From: an uncultured Actinomycetes bacterium
GTDB lineage: Bacteria > Actinomycetota > Thermoleophilia > Gaiellales > Gaiellaceae
Direction of reading: 5' to 3'
Length of the DNA stretch: 64,000 bases
Assembly (NCBI GenBank): GCA_963758125.1
Contig: CAVWUL010000011.1
Span: forward strand, 73,347-137,346
The notes under the pieces were generated by a model. That model saw only the letters and a program-made list of their open reading frames with translations, had not been told where the DNA came from and did not search any database. A program made the translations under genes and the position numbers. How positions within the stretch are numbered: the stretch's first letter is position 1; the number at the start of each line of letters is the position of its first letter. Of this stretch, positions 63,575 to 64,000 are shown piece after piece.

Positions 63575-64000
63575 ATGGCAGAACTCGTCTTCGTCGGCGA
63601 TCTCATCCTCGACGCGCCGGATCCGGTCTCCTACTTCGCCCGTTGCCGCGAGGCGATCACCGGGGATGTCGCCGTCGCCCAGGTCGAATGGCCGCACACG
63701 GATCGCGGCCAGGTGTGCGCGCTCGAGGTCCCGGCGCCGGGAGCGCCGCCCGAGAACCTCGCTGCCCTCCGGGAGCTCGGGTTCGAGATCGCAACCGTGG
63801 CCTCCAACCACACCTTCGACCAGGGGCCGTTCGGCGTGCTGGACACGATCGACGGGCTCCGGAAACTCGGCATCGCCACGACGGGTGCAGGCATGACGCT
63901 CACCGAGGCCCGGGCCCCCGCGATCGTCGAGGCCGCCGGCATCCGGGTCGGCGTGCTCGCCTACAATGCGGTCGGGCCGCGCGAATCCTGGGCGACCGGC
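63575..64000 (+). CDS. CapA-family (metallophosphatase-fold) protein, second paralog (3' end lies outside the window)
   Basis: ATG at 63575. MAELVFVGDLILDAPDP..VASNHTFDQGP..LGIATTGAGMT is collinear with the gene at 43762. Open to the window end. Confidence 0.8.
   Translation, partial: MAELVFVGDLILDAPDPVSYFARCREAITGDVAVAQVEWPHTDRGQVCALEVPAPGAPPENLAALRELGFEIATVASNHTFDQGPFGVLDTIDGLRKLGIATTGAGMTLTEARAPAIVEAAGIRVGVLAYNAVGPRESWATG

Noticed and set aside
1-64000. rRNA, tRNA, tmRNA, transposase, integrase, phage or cas genes
   Set aside because: No cloverleaf-capable or rRNA-like stretch was found in the few intergenic regions longer than 100 nt. No translated ORF shows DDE/tyrosine-recombinase/Cas hallmarks. 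This was a visual scan only, so absence is not proven.

Overview
High-GC (roughly 70%) chromosomal segment that looks actinobacterial, with about 58 protein genes. I found no rRNA, tRNA, CRISPR array, transposase or integrase. All family calls come from motif recognition on the supplied translations; no database search was run.

Left third (1-28 kb), mostly transport, membrane and signalling genes:
- A sulfate-ester module: arylsulfatase with a CxPxR site, a GAP/Sap-like membrane protein, a SulP permease and a convergent formylglycine-generating enzyme.
- A ClC channel and two flippase-like (LPG-synthase-TM-like) membrane proteins, one fused to a kinase-like domain.
- A stand-alone cNMP-binding protein near a 1065-aa zinc-ribbon/cyclase/P-loop/TPR protein.
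- A multiply frameshifted AI-2E transporter, a glutaminase/AbgT/M20 peptidase group, an SLC13 permease, a GST and a VOC protein.

Right two thirds (28-64 kb), an acyl-CoA and aromatic catabolic island:
- PaaK-like ligase, citryl-CoA-lyase-like protein, Liv-type ABC transporter and CoA-transferase.
- A translationally coupled P450 / hydrolase / 2-hydroxyacyl-CoA-dehydratase-like pair / CapA-like operon.
- An eight-gene coupled operon: thiolase-like, PaaX, gentisate dioxygenase, four P450 paralogs and a ferredoxin.
- A divergent FAH / flavin reductase / ADP-forming CoA ligase / FAD monooxygenase operon.
- An acyl-CoA synthetase / MarR / SDR / MaoC module, then PrpD-like and a second CapA-like gene.

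Most notable non-genic signals:
- A 17-bp palindrome (about TRTCAGGTAGCCTGATA) that recurs in six promoter regions and brackets the marR gene.
- A 55-bp tandem repeat array filling the ClC-FGE spacer.
- Two families of 95-150 nt repeat elements sitting at convergent gene ends.

Caveat: at least seven genes carry apparent single-base frameshifts. Either the assembly has indel errors or this region is decaying.
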